DNA from: Octopus vulgaris | Taxonomy: Eukaryota | Assembly (NCBI GenBank): GCA_951406725.2 | Contig: OX597817.1 | Coordinates: 104,470,001 to 104,534,000, forward strand | Direction of reading: 5' to 3' | DNA length: 64,000 nucleotides | In this document: positions 1 through 11,835 of the stretch, piece after piece | Position numbering within the stretch: the stretch's first letter is position 1 | Layout of the letters: each line of letters starts with the position of its first letter | Position numbers and translations under genes: made by a program | Notes under the pieces: generated by a model | What the model was told of the DNA's origin: nothing | The model's input: only the letters and a program-made list of their open reading frames with translations | Databases searched by the model: none

Positions 1-467
1 ATTAAAAGCCTTAGCAAAGTCCAGGTAAACAACATCCACCCAGGAGCTGCCATCAGTGATTCGGGTAATGTTCTCAAGAAACTCGATGAGTTGATTACAG
101 CAGCTGGAGTTAGGAATAAATCCAAATTGTGATGGCTGGATGAGGCTGTGAGACTTCCAGAAGTTCCAGAGGGTTTCTCTGACACAGGATTCCATCAGTT
201 TGGCAATGCAGCTAGTAAGACTGACGGGGCGATAGTTGACAGGCGATGTGCGGTCACCTGTTTTGAACAGAGGGATAACACTGGTAGTTTTCCACTGCTC
301 TGGAGTAACACCATTGTCAAGACAAAATTGAAAGAATAGTGAAAGTTGGTTTAGAAGAAAGTACCCACCACATTTGAGAAGTAGGTATGTAATACCATCG
401 AGACCAGGAGAGGCATAGTTACGTTTATTCTTAAGGTGGCGTTGTAGCATTGCTGGTGTAAATTTAC
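1..467 (-). mobile_element. CR1/L2-group LINE, 5'-truncated reverse transcriptase fragment (continues off the window start)
   Basis: Minus frame reads open: ...ASPGLDGI...PEQWKTTSVIPLFKTGDRTSPVNYRPVSLTSCIAKLMES...QFGFIPNSSCCNQL...VDVVYLDFAKAFN, which are non-LTR RT N-terminal motifs. Confidence 0.9.
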
Positions 468-491
468 ATACATGTGTGTAATTTGTTTCAG

Positions 492-778
492 AATTGGCTG
501 TGTCTGCTGTCCTACTATTCACCGAAATCTTACGGGCACTCTTAAAAAGGGTAAAGTATTCCTTTTTGATGTTGATGAAGCTAAATGCGGGAAGTTTGAT
601 AATTATGTACTCTATGACTTCAACCGACCAAAAGAAATGGGCGATGATCATGAGGGGAAATTTGATATATTGGTAGCTGACACACCACATTTCACTAACA
701 TGTGCATCCAAAAAATTATTATAACCATTAAGTATCTAAGGAAGTCAGACTGCAAAATTATGTTTTGTACAACTACAG
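492..778 (+). CDS. EEF1AKMT1: EEF1A lysine methyltransferase 1 (N6AMT2/Efm5)-like, penultimate coding exon
   Basis: ttcag acceptor ending at 491 and G|gtatgt donor after 778. Peptide RIGCVCCPTI...VFLFDVD...YVLYDFNRP...FDILVADTPHF...TIKYL...KIMFCTT aligns from memory with EEF1AKMT1 (RIACVSAPSV...FIFYDYNNP...FDIVIADPPYL...TVKYL...KILLCTG). Confidence 0.8.
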
Positions 779-1951
779 GTATGTTACCAAATTTTAAAAT
801 TTTCAGCGCTTTAAATTTTGTACATTGTTCATAAGTTGGATAGATTATCACAAACTTACCATGATATAATTCTTTTTATAAGCTAAGTACTGGTATGCAG
901 GTATTTTGAAAACACCTCACAGTGTAATGACCCTGCCCTGCATAGTTACAGGCTGTCCTTTGGCAAGGCATAACACCTGTTCTGCCACCAAGGATAAAGT
1001 AAAGTCATGAGACTGCAGCATGGCAGTTGTGAAGAGGCAGTTGAAGAGCTCAACTCATCTAGTGGTGCTTCTTACACTGATGCTGAGTAGAGGAATCCTA
1101 GAAGATCAACAGTCAGGATCACCAAGTTCTATCAAAAGAGTAATTGCAATGCATCCATTGATGGTGGCATCCATGGTTGTGTAATCAGCTAATAAAAGAT
1201 TCACCATGACTCAAGCTCCCAATTCAAATTCATAATAATGGAATTGGATGGCAACAGAGTCATGGGAATCTGCAAAAACAGCGAAAAAAATATGCTAAGT
1301 TCTGATGTAAAGCTACTTGGATGTAGCTATAACTAATGTTTGTGTAACCTACTTTCTTCTCTTTGTTCAAAAGAACCTACTTTCTTTTGAACAAGACTGC
1401 ATTATTTGTCATGTGTTAATACCAGAAAACTTTCAAGGCAATTTGTAGACTGCTCTACATGGCACCCTATATAATCCTCCTGCTTCTGATCTGCACTAGA
1501 GTAACCATTGCCTTATAGACTTAAATTTCAGTTGAGATCTGAAGTGACTGACTTTTGGAAAGGTAACCAAAGGAGTTATTCATTTTGAACTCATGGTTAT
1601 TGACGTTTCTGTAGATCATAGGGTTGTTGGCTATAAAACTGCCAAAATAAATGAAGCTCTAAATTGCTTTCAGTTAGGTTTTTTTTTGGTACTGATCCAC
1701 TACATGTCAACAACAGTTTGATGTTGGTTCCATATTCTTTATCTGGAAAGATCTTTTAGTTTATCTGCTTCATTTGCACTTTTTCTTCAGTCATTAACAC
1801 ATCTGCAGTAATTAACCTCTTTTTTAAAATATGTAATCTCATTGAATGCATGCTGTTAAATTTTCAGATTAAATTCTTTCTTAATATGTTTTTAAATAAT
1901 TAATAACAAGGTTTCTTGATTGATTTGCTTAATTAAAATTTTTTTTTCCAG

Positions 1952-2112
1952 AACAAGAGCCGCTTGTAAAACTTGTTGAAGAGTTGCTTGAACTGAAGAA
2001 AACTGATTGGGTAATAGGGCATGCAGGTGGACTGCAGAATCCATATGCATGTTTTACTAATCTCAAGGATGAATTTCTAGAAGTAAAAAAAGTGGAAACC
2101 CCAAAAACTTGA
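1952..2112 (+). CDS. EEF1AKMT1: EEF1AKMT1-like, last coding exon
   Basis: Polypyrimidine tract plus ccag ending at 1951; phase 1 matches the previous donor. Reads EQEPLVKLVEELLELKKTDWVIGHAGGLQNPYACFTNL...KT*, similar to the family C-terminus (ELLG...H..NLANEFRCYVNY). Confidence 0.8.
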
Positions 2113-2299
2113 AGCTGCTCACTTTAAGCTCTTTTGTGAAAATTGAAAAAATTCAAGTAAACACTGATAAAGGTGTATTAAATTTGAATAATTTTATTTG
2201 GGTTTTTAAAATTGCTTGCATTTCAAATCTTTTCTTTTTTTATTACTTAAAGACATATACATATTTTTATTTGTTAATATTCTGTGTTCTAACTGTTGA

Positions 2300-2316
2300 A
2301 ATAAAATGAAAATAAA
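2300..2316 (+). promoter_or_regulatory. Candidate polyadenylation signals of the EEF1AKMT1-like gene
   Basis: Two AATAAA hexamers (2300-2305, 2311-2316) about 190 nt after the stop codon. Confidence 0.5.
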
Positions 2317-3794
2317 TATATTCATAAATCTCAAGATTGCATAAAGCCACTCTTTACCTCCAGATTCCAAACCATTAAGCTAATTATCAAAGAAAACTCT
2401 ATTGCCAATAATATTCCAATCTTATTCAATAGGTCATGGAATTGTGATATGTTGAATTAACTGATTAATCAGAGACATGAGAAGACATCTAAAATCTTAC
2501 CCACTCAGCATTTCATGATGACAATGCAGACATCAAATTACAACAAATGATTGTTAATGTTTAAAAGTTAACTATGTGATATTTATCATTGTATTCTTCC
2601 TTGACTATATTTGAGTTATAAAATATTCTTAAAATTGTTAGGCTTTAAGCATGGTAACCTCATTGTGACTTTCTGATGTCCTTCATATCATTGTGCAGAT
2701 TACCTCCATTGATATTTTCTCAGATTGTACGTCATGAAGTAATGTGTAGCACTATCATGGTGTTTCTCTGTAAGTCTGTAACATGATCATAGCTATAATT
2801 ACTCTGGACTATATTAGATTAGATGTTTAGATATATCCAGCTTTTCAGTTTTGCTACTATATCTGCAGGATAATACTTCCTCCTGAATTCATATGTCATA
2901 TATTGTTTGGCTTGCTGTCATAATCACTCACTAACAGTCACACATACTATATATACACACTCATAGATACATATCTAAAACATACACACTTACAGGTACA
3001 ATATGTATATCCAATTGTTTGCTCACACATCTCTGTAAATTAAATGTGGCTAAGATAGCAAAAAAAAAAATTGAGAATCATATTCACAATTTTTGCATAA
3101 CAACAAACAACCTGCTGATCTCCCTGAGATCAAACTCTTGTTTTAAAAGTGAATACATTAGATAATATGATCTCTTATATACTTTGTCTAAAAACAAAAG
3201 ACAAAATAGTCATGGCTAGAACAAATTTGATCATAAGTCTGATCATAAAGTGCTGAGCTGAGTCTAAACCTGGGTTAAGAACTTTTGGAGAATTGTGAGC
3301 TCACAAAGATAGGTGGGGTGAGGGTGGATATGGAAGGTAGAGGGTGTTTAGAGGGATTGGGGTTTTCCATAAAAACAAATTAAATAAGTCAGATAAAATA
3401 CTTATATTTTAAACATATTTTCAAAGAAAAAAAATTGGGGGGGATTAAAATATGAACATGACATCATATTAATCAGTATTTGGTGGTATGTAAATGTCAA
3501 ATATGATTGTGATGTATAAGTTCTCACCTTCTTTAATAATTTCCATAAAAATTAAATATAGAAGCATTAGTCCATGCAAATATATAGAAAGTAGCACATT
3601 CTGGATTGGGTAGTGTAAGAAAATATGGATATGCAAAATTAGCTTGATTAAAATTATCTTAAGAAGTATTTGTAAAATGCTATTTTGGTGAAAGAGGTTG
3701 TTGAGCTATGGAGCCACTGGACTATACAACAACATACATATCCCAAGTAGTAGCTACTGGAATACTGTATATAAAACTGAGTTAAATTATACTA

Positions 3795-4895
3795 GGGTAA
3801 CAAAATATTACCAAATGGAGATTTCAAAAATAGTTGGAGTGTCCATAAAGACTATTTATAATGTAAAGAATAGAATGACTATGAGCAAATCTATTACGAG
3901 GAAGTCTGAAAGTTGAGGAATCAACAAAAGATGTACCAAAGCTTTTATCAAAGCTCTCAAATCCCAAATCCTAAAGGATCTAACCAAATCCATGAGAAAA
4001 ATGGCAATTGAACTTGAGGTAGACAACAAGACCATTAGAAATGCTGTAAAATATGATTTGAGGTTAAAATCTTACACGAGAACACCAAAACACTTGTTGA
4101 CAACAGCTATGAAGGAAAAGAGATTGGAGAGGTGCAAGAAAATTATTACATGTTTCAAGAAAAAGTCCTCCATTGTAACGATCTTTTCAAATGAAAAGAT
4201 CTTCACTGTCGATGCTGTTCTGAACAGCAGAAATGACAGATTTATTGCAAAATCAACAGCTGAGGTTAAGGGGGACATTCAAAACAAAAGATCCTGCTCA
4301 AGTTATGGCTTTTGGTGCTGTGGCTTCCGATGGAAAGAAAATGCCTATAAAATTCTACAAAGCTGATGAAAAGATCAATGTTAATACTTACTACAAGACT
4401 CTGAGATACCAAGTATTGCCATGGCTTAAAGCAAACTACCCAGATGGTAATTATGTATGGACACAGGATGGTGCTCCAGTCCACACAGCTAGAAAAATAC
4501 AAGATTTCTGCAAATCCAACTTTAGCAATTTTTTGGAATCATGTTTATGGCCGCATTCTAGCCCAGATCTAAACTCTCTGGATTATGCTATTTGGGGCGC
4601 TTTAGAACATGCTACCAATAGAACATCACACAGCAATGTCGACTCTCTTAAAGATACTATTAAAGAAGAATGAGAGAAGTTTTCTCCCAAATATTTGAGG
4701 AATGCCTGTGCAAGTTTCAGGAAGCGTGTGAAGGCAGTTATTGAGAAAGAAGGACAACACATAGAATAAAAATATTTTCTATTATGTAAATTGTCTTGTG
4801 GCAAATAAATTCTCATGACTTTCAATAAACAAATTGGTCATACATTGTCTTTCAATCTCTGCCTCAAAATATTGTAAATTTTGCTTCCCCACCCT
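3795..4895 (+). mobile_element. Tc1/mariner superfamily, maT (DD37D) transposon, decayed
   Basis: Frameshifted transposase with HTH-like EISKIVGVSIKTIYNV, IFSNEKIF (first catalytic D changed to N), and QDGAPVHT...SSPDLNSLDY with 37 residues between the last two Asp. The right end ...CCCCACCCTG is a CAGGGTG-type TIR. The left TIR was not found. Confidence 0.88.
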
Positions 4896-4899
4896 GAGT

Positions 4900-5243
4900 A
4901 AAGGGTAAAGAGTTAAAAACCCACTTCAGTCATGAATGACCATGGAATTGCACCTAGAAAATTACCCTCCAATGCACAAGTCAGGGCAAGGTTGTTTTTT
5001 GGAAGACCAGCAGTTGCCCGTGCATGCTAGTCTCTCCTCTCCATGTTACTGATATTATCCATAGGAAAGGCAAAGGCCAACACAACTTGGTATCAATGGT
5101 GTCACAACTCACTTATACAGCTGAGTGAACTGAAGCTATGTGAAATAAATTATCTTGATCAAGAACACGACAAACATTCCAGTCCTGGAATCGAACTCAC
5201 AATTATAAGCCTGATGCTTTAATTATCGAGCTATGTGCCTTCA
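4900..5243 (-). mobile_element. tRNA-derived SINE
   Basis: Minus strand has a B-box-like GAGTTCGATTCC followed by GTGTTCTTGATCAAGATAATTTATTTCACA. A related copy lies at about 51540-51735. Confidence 0.6.
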
Positions 5244-5269
5244 CACACACACACACATATATATATACA

Positions 5270-6500
5270 CTAGCAGAGATACCTGGCATTGCTCAGGATT
5301 AAAATGGCGTAATTTTTATATATATTACAGTTGTATTGAAACAGGTGATACGGGAAAGTGCAACATTGATGACAAATCGTTTGTGGAGTAAAATGTGGGC
5401 TTATTTGACTAAGCAAAATGTCATGCATCCGTTTGGAGGATTCCAGGCCCTAACTTGTCGTGGAAAGTTGGGGGTGGGGGTATGTGATTTTTTAATGCAC
5501 CTGTCAGTGCATCTAACACAACCCTCGTCTGAAGTTTTAACACCGCCTTCAAGTCTGTTGTACCCCACTCAAAGTAAATTTGGAGGAACTTTGGTTGTTC
5601 ATTTGTGGGTAACAAGGAACCAATGAGGTGACAGACTTGCCCTTGAACTTTGAATGTTGGCATAAATCCATGTTCAACTATCTCCTTAGATGCACCAAAC
5701 GATACCATTTGAAATGCAGAATTGTATTGTCTGATATTGTTCAGAAATCCTTTGACTGGATGGAAGTGCCTTCCAGAAGATCCATAAGTGGTTGAGGAGC
5801 AGCTGGTAGTGCTGCCAATCTTACCTTACCGCCCGAGCAGCACATGCCATTAGTTTCATTTAGAAATTTCAAAGCTTTGCAGAATGACAATTTTTGTTTC
5901 ACACACCAATTTGGAGAGAATTATCATTTTTATAAGAATGGGATAGATCATATCTGAAAGCAACTCCAGGAGTTGTGAAGAACAAGTTTGTACGTGTTCT
6001 GTTTCTGAGAGCTATTCTATTGGACATCTGTCTCATCATTAGAACATGCTGCAGCATGACTTTGATGAACTTGGGAAGGCCTCATCTCCCTTCTGTATTG
6101 AGACTCCATCTAACATACTGTAGCATGCTTTACTGATGTTGAGAAAGTCTCATCTACCTTCTGTATTGAGACCCCATCTGACATGCTGCAGCATGCCTTT
6201 GCTGATCTTGAGAAAGTCTCATTTCTCTTCTCTGTTGAGACTCTCGCCTTCAGTTATCTACAATCCTCCTTGCTTTACACTTGTTTCTAGAGAGATTACG
6301 TCTTTGCTTCGGTGGCATATTTTTTCCAATATTGTAAATAAAAAAATTATGGACATAGAAAAAATTATGCATTAATCTCTATTTTTGAAAGCAGTTGTAT
6401 GTCTTTATTTTTGTATGCAGTGTAAATTAACCAAATAGAAGCACATGTACGAACTGCTAATTTAATGGTAAATGCCACAATAATTATTATAGATAAATTT
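5270..6500 (-). mobile_element. Helitron, internally deleted Rep/helicase relic
   Basis: ATG at 6318 (MPPKQRRNLSR...), zinc-finger-like FCKALKFLNETNGMCCSGGKVRL, and IRQYNSAFQMVSFG...GFMPTFKVQGQVCHLIGSLLP...PKFLQIYF (Helitron N-terminal region). The 3' end has hairpin CCTGAGCAATGCCAGG followed by CTAG|T at 5270. The 5' boundary is approximate. Confidence 0.85.
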
Positions 6501-6507
6501 CCAAATA

Positions 6508-7308
6508 TCTGTATATATATAAGGCAAGATGTGTGTGTGTACGTGATTGTAGTTTATGCACATCCACAAATTTGCACACATGTCACTCAAATTTTAGGAG
6601 GACATTCATCAACACCCTATCTGGGTTTTGTCAACTTATTTTTTTCCCGAGGCACCCGCGGATAACGGTAAAATTTTATGTTCAGCCATAGCTTTTAGCC
6701 ATAAAAAATATCAGCCATAGCTTTTTGACAGCGTCTAACAAAAAAAAACAAGATAAAGAAAAGTGGAAGAGAGTTTCACAGGAAAGACAAAGTGAGAGAG
6801 GGAGAGAGAGTAACGGACAACGTTCATAAAAATCTATTTTCAGCCATAGCTTTTTGATGGCGTCTAACAAAAAAAAAACAAGATGAAGAAATGTGGAAGA
6901 GAGTTTCACGGCGTCTAAACAAAAAAAAAGGGAAAGACAAAGTGAGAGAGAGAGAGTAAGTGACGACGTTCATAAAAAATAAAATGTAAAATGTTTTGTT
7001 TTTTCTTAAACACAAGATATAGTGTTCAAATTCAGGATGTTTTTGAAAGACACTATATTTTATAATCATAGTATATATACTTTCTCACACAACAATTACA
7101 TTATATTTATTTTAAATCATTCATCTTTCTCCCCTCTCTCTCTCTCACACACATTACTTTGGGTGCAAAAGAGTTTTGTTTTTGTTTTACGCCGAGTAAA
7201 AAAGTGTTTTGTTGAGAGTCGATATTACTTAGTTTGGTTTGAAATAAAGAACTTGATTAGCTTAATAATTGTAACTTAATCCCGGGCAAGGCCAGGTTAT
7301 ACTACTAG
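6508..7308 (+). mobile_element. Non-autonomous Helitron with internal ~130-bp tandem repeats
   Basis: A|TC-TGTATATATATAAG 5' end; subterminal GC hairpin CCCGGGCAAGGCCAGG followed by CTAG|T at the 3' end; duplicated block at about 6710-6980. Confidence 0.8.
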
Positions 7309-7459
7309 TATATATATATATTAAGCACATGTATTAAATGTTAATTTAAGGGTTAATATGTAACCGTAAATACTTTGCAACCTTGCAACTGCTGCAGTAA
7401 TTATTAACTATGAATGGTAAAAGTGTATTTTTATATACCTTGGACCTGCCACCTCATTG

Positions 7460-7750
7460 TTTTTTGTCAAATGCTCCAGCATGGCTGCTGTCAAGTGACT
7501 GAAACAAGTAAAAGAATAACAGGATATATATATGTGTTTTTGTGTCTGTATTTGTCCCACACCAGCGCTTGACAACTGGTGCTGGTGTGTTTACATCCCT
7601 GTAACTTACCAGTTCGGCAAAATAGGTTGATGGAATAAGAGGCTTAGAAATAAAAAAAGTACTGGGGTCGATACATTCAACTAAAAAAATTTCAAGGCGG
7701 TGCTCCAGCATGGCTGCAGTCAAATGACTGAAACAAGTAAAAGATAAAAG
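7460..7750 (+). mobile_element. tRNA/CORE-type SINE, 3' half with a duplicated tail segment
   Basis: Matches the 3' part of the copy at 43152-43588 (…GGTGCTCCAGCATGGC…CAAATGACTGAAACAAGTAAAAG). Confidence 0.7.
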
Positions 7751-8471
7751 ATTACAAAGTACAGCTTCAAATTTGTTTATGGTATTTTCCCTGAAAGTAC
7801 TCCATAACTAATTTGAAATTCATCGGGGGAAATAACCAGTGTTTATTGGAAATAAATAAACTAAAAGAATAAATTCCAAATATACTCATATAATAAAAAT
7901 ACTCTTATTTTTGCCTTATGGTAACTTTATGTTTCTGTGATTACTCGTCTCTTTTCACTAATAAGGAGCACTCCGCCACATGGAAAACTGAACACAAATA
8001 CATAAGGAACAAAGCAAATTGCTTGCATACAATCAAAAGAATCCTGTTTTATCAAGGTAATGAAAATGGTTTGAGCACTCTGAAAATATTTCCAGAGTGC
8101 TCAACTTGGACAGATAGTAAATTAGAAAACTTAAAATATCTAAAAATAATTCATGAGGTGATTGAACATACACACACATAAACCTTGCTTGGGACATCTG
8201 AATTTGTCTAACCAAGGCATTTATTCACTGAGAGTGCTCTATAACTAATTATGACCAACATAGCGGAATAAATAAAAAATATGGGAAGAATAAATTTCAA
8301 GTATATCAATATAACAAAAATATGCTTAAGCTTCTATATCAATGATATGTGTTTGGGTTTGTGTATGTGTGCATGAAAAAGGGAAACTGACTATCAAAAT
8401 AACCTTAAGTACATGACTCATTCTCAATTTAAAGAAATTTTCTCCTAAATTTTATTAAATAATATTAAATA

Positions 8472-8912
8472 CAAGGTGACAGTGCTAAGCAGTAATGTAC
8501 GTAATACAAACTTGCTACCAGTTCAAATATACTTGAGGTATTTTGCCATAGAGGAAATTTGGTAGCAGGTTTGTATTTATACACATCACTGCTTTGTTCT
8601 GTCACCCCATGTTTTATTAATGGCAAGCCTGTCATTTGAATGATGACAGGAATATCATAAGAGGAATCTGTCTTTCCAGTCTCTGTTGCTGAAGAGGAGA
8701 TAACCATTCCAAAATGCATGCATCCAATGGTCTGGTTAGGAGTCACAGTGGAGTGACTTGGTGTGTTTACACCTATCTGTCTACAGAGAGAAATTTTCTC
8801 CATGATAAAATCCAGTGAATGGCTTTCTTACAGGTTCAAATATGCCTCAAACATATTTGAACTGGTAACTAGCTTGTATTTATACACACCACTACTTTGC
8901 ACTGGCACCCCA
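8472..8912. mobile_element. Tc1/mariner-type MITE/deletion derivative with long imperfect TIRs
   Basis: Flanked by TA on both sides. 8472-8545 is an imperfect inverted match of 8835-8912, and an extra TIR copy lies at about 8560-8612. Confidence 0.6.
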
Positions 8913-9679
8913 TACATACATACACACACACGCACACACATACATATATACATACATAAACATGTAGAGCAGTAAATGTAAGAAAGCAAGTTAGGCAAGT
9001 TGATATACAAAAAATATTAAATACAAATAAAAAAAAATGTATATATGTTTACACATAAAAAGGTCCAACACTTGCCCAAAGTGACACACAATGGGATTGA
9101 ACTCTGAACTACATGGTTGAGAAACAAACTTCTTACCACACAGCCACGAGTGGAACTTAGCTTCTTATCTGTCATCACAAGTATGAGCACATTATCTATG
9201 TGGTAGTTACTTTTGTAGTGACACACTGACACAAACATCCATATTACTGACTAGTCATATTTTGCAAATGATCTATAATATATCTGGGAAATTTGGTGTT
9301 AGGTGTTTATTAAATAAATAACTTTATAATCTTTTCTCCATATTTAATTCTTTCTATAGTTAAAAGATGAATACAAGTAATTAGTAACAAATTAATCTGC
9401 TATAAAAAAAATCAATTCTCACAAAATTTAGCTGGAGTCAACTAGAAATATCTAATCAAACCCAAATTAAATGATTACTGTAATGTTCAGGCTTTGTTAA
9501 TAAGGTAATCTAATTAGTGTTGAGAAGAAGGGGTAGTGAAAGTATAATAGCTACAGTAAGAAGTTCTGGAACCTATGTTGGTAACAAAAGATCAGTCGCT
9601 TTCTCTGAGAGAAGAAAGTGAAGTCTTAGCAAAGATAATACTGTGTAGCATGATTTATGTCATTGGGTACCAACTATTA

Positions 9680-9888
9680 TTTCCTAGAAACTATGAAAAA
9701 TGCCCAATATTTCCTTCAAACTTTGCTTTTGTTACATTTATTCAAACCCCAAAGTATCTCTCTGAACACATGGCTCTGATACTTCTGCACAAGTATCAGA
9801 TACTTCTTGCTCATGATCACAGATGCACATATTGTCAGCCACTAAGGGGCATGCTCATGTGATAAAGGTCAAGCAACTCTTCCCTTGA
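9680..9888 (-). repeat. Dispersed non-autonomous repeat (same 5' module as 60618-61072)
   Basis: Near-duplicate of 10480-10702; its reverse complement matches about 60655-60790. Confidence 0.7.
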
Positions 9889-10479
9889 AATTGCTGACTT
9901 TGGACCAAAATTTGAAACCAATATTAACCTCTGCCGAAACTAAATTAAGAAATAGCATGGAGTAGGATCAACTTTTGTGAGTTTTAAAACTGAAAATTGA
10001 ACTTAAAGATCAAAACATTTGCTGTTAAGATTTTGCCTTGAACAAGGCCAAGCTGAAGTATAATGACTCAAGTATTCACAAAATGAGAAAAAAGAGATTA
10101 CTGAATAGAGAAATGAAATTTTTGATGCATTGAAATTTTAATAAGTAAGAATCTTATTTAAAATTATTAAATTATCAAAACTAACTAAATTAGAATTGAC
10201 CCACAGGTAGTGAAATAAATGGCAGAGATGGCATTCTCCAACTTTTTCAGCTCATGGGAAGAGGGCTTTTCCAACTCAGCCTTTTTGGATCTTAGCAGAG
10301 TGTTTCTCGTAGGAATAGGGACCAGAGAGAAGATTGAAAAGGGCAACAAAAATTATCATGCTTAATAAAACTGAGATGATTTCCAAATTTTTTAATTTGT
10401 CCAACACCATGAGATAGAAAGAAGCACTTTGTGTAACATAATTTTTATCCTTGGGTAGCAACTGATATTTCCTATTTGC

Positions 10480-10702
10480 TTAATCCTAGAAACTTTGAAA
10501 AATGGCTAATATTTCCTTCAAACTTTGTTTTTGTTACATTTATTCAAACCCCAAAGAATCTCTCTCAACATATGGCTATGATGCTCTCCACTACTCCTGA
10601 CCACAGAAGCACATATTGTCAGCCACTGAGAGATATGCTCAAGGGGTTACGGTCAAACAACTAACAAGCAAATCTGTGGTATTGAGCAGAATATTTGCTA
10701 TA
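10480..10702 (-). repeat. Dispersed non-autonomous repeat (same 5' module as 60618-61072)
   Basis: …TTCAAACCCCAAAGAATC…GTCAGCCACT…TGTGGTATTGAGCAGAATATTTGCT is the reverse complement of 60618-60785. Confidence 0.75.
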
Positions 10703-11452
10703 ATGATATTTCTGCTTCAGCAACCAGGTACTGAATCTGTCTGAAATGTAATGGAAAATAGGTCAATTTCAAAACATTGATGTCCAGGTCACAAAACTAA
10801 AGTTCGAAGGGAACAGTAATCATTTCCTTTGATTTCTAGATAGAAGCAAATGAAAATAACTCTTAGTGGCCAAAAACTTTAAAAAAAATAAAACAGTGTT
10901 ATTGATGCAAAATCTAGAGTCATCTCAATGATAAAGAGGGAGGTGACAAAATAATGTTCTAGTATATCTGAAGGTGATCTAGTATTTATCAGTCGAAGAA
11001 ATACTTCTGTAAGTTTTTACTTTCAAAAACTCATTTTCATCACTGCCCATTGACATCAATAACATGATGATTGCTTCATCTTGTCAGATGATGGCCATCT
11101 CATTAAATAACAGCAAGACATCTGTATGTCATTGGATTTAAGTGACAAACGCTTGTATAACACTTTCGCCACTCTCTCGGTCACCAGTGATAAGCATTGC
11201 AAGATGACTGGTACTATTTTGATTGCAAGTATTATTTCAGAGTATCTTTCTTCTAGAAGAGCTGCCTTCCCAATGTCTTTGCAAAAATAACGAGAGCCTC
11301 CTCCACCCCAGGAAAATCCATTTAAAACGCATTTAACCCATAGCTGGGACCCTGACAGGTAAAACTGTTCTGAGTCAGAACGATCCTAGAAATTATGGTG
11401 ATTAAGAGCTGACTCTACGTTCCCCACGGCAACGTAATACACATACATATAT

Positions 11453-11835
11453 CAGGATGTGTGATTAAGAAGCTCGCTTTGTAACCATGTGATTTCGGGA
11501 TCGGTTCCACAGCGCGGCACCTTAGGTAAGTGTCTTCTACTATAGCCCCGGGCCTACCAATGCTGTGTAAGAGAATCTGGTAGGTGGAAATTGTATGAAA
11601 ATCCGTTGTATGTACATATGAGTGTATCTTTGTGTGTATTAACGTCTCCTACCGCTAGACAACCGGTGTTTTTGTTTACATCCCCGTAATCTAGTAGTTC
11701 GGCAAAAGAAAGCAATAGAAGTAGTACCAGACTATACAAAAAGTATTTTAAAAAGTACTGAGGTGATTTGCTCAACTAAACACTTTCAGGCTGTGCTCCC
11801 GCATGGCCATAGTCCAATGGCTGAACCAAGTATAA
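11453..11835 (+). mobile_element. tRNA/CORE-type SINE, near full length
   Basis: tRNA-like head, GCACCTTAGGTAAGTGTCTTCTACTATAGC core, (TG)-rich middle and family 3' tail. Confidence 0.75.
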
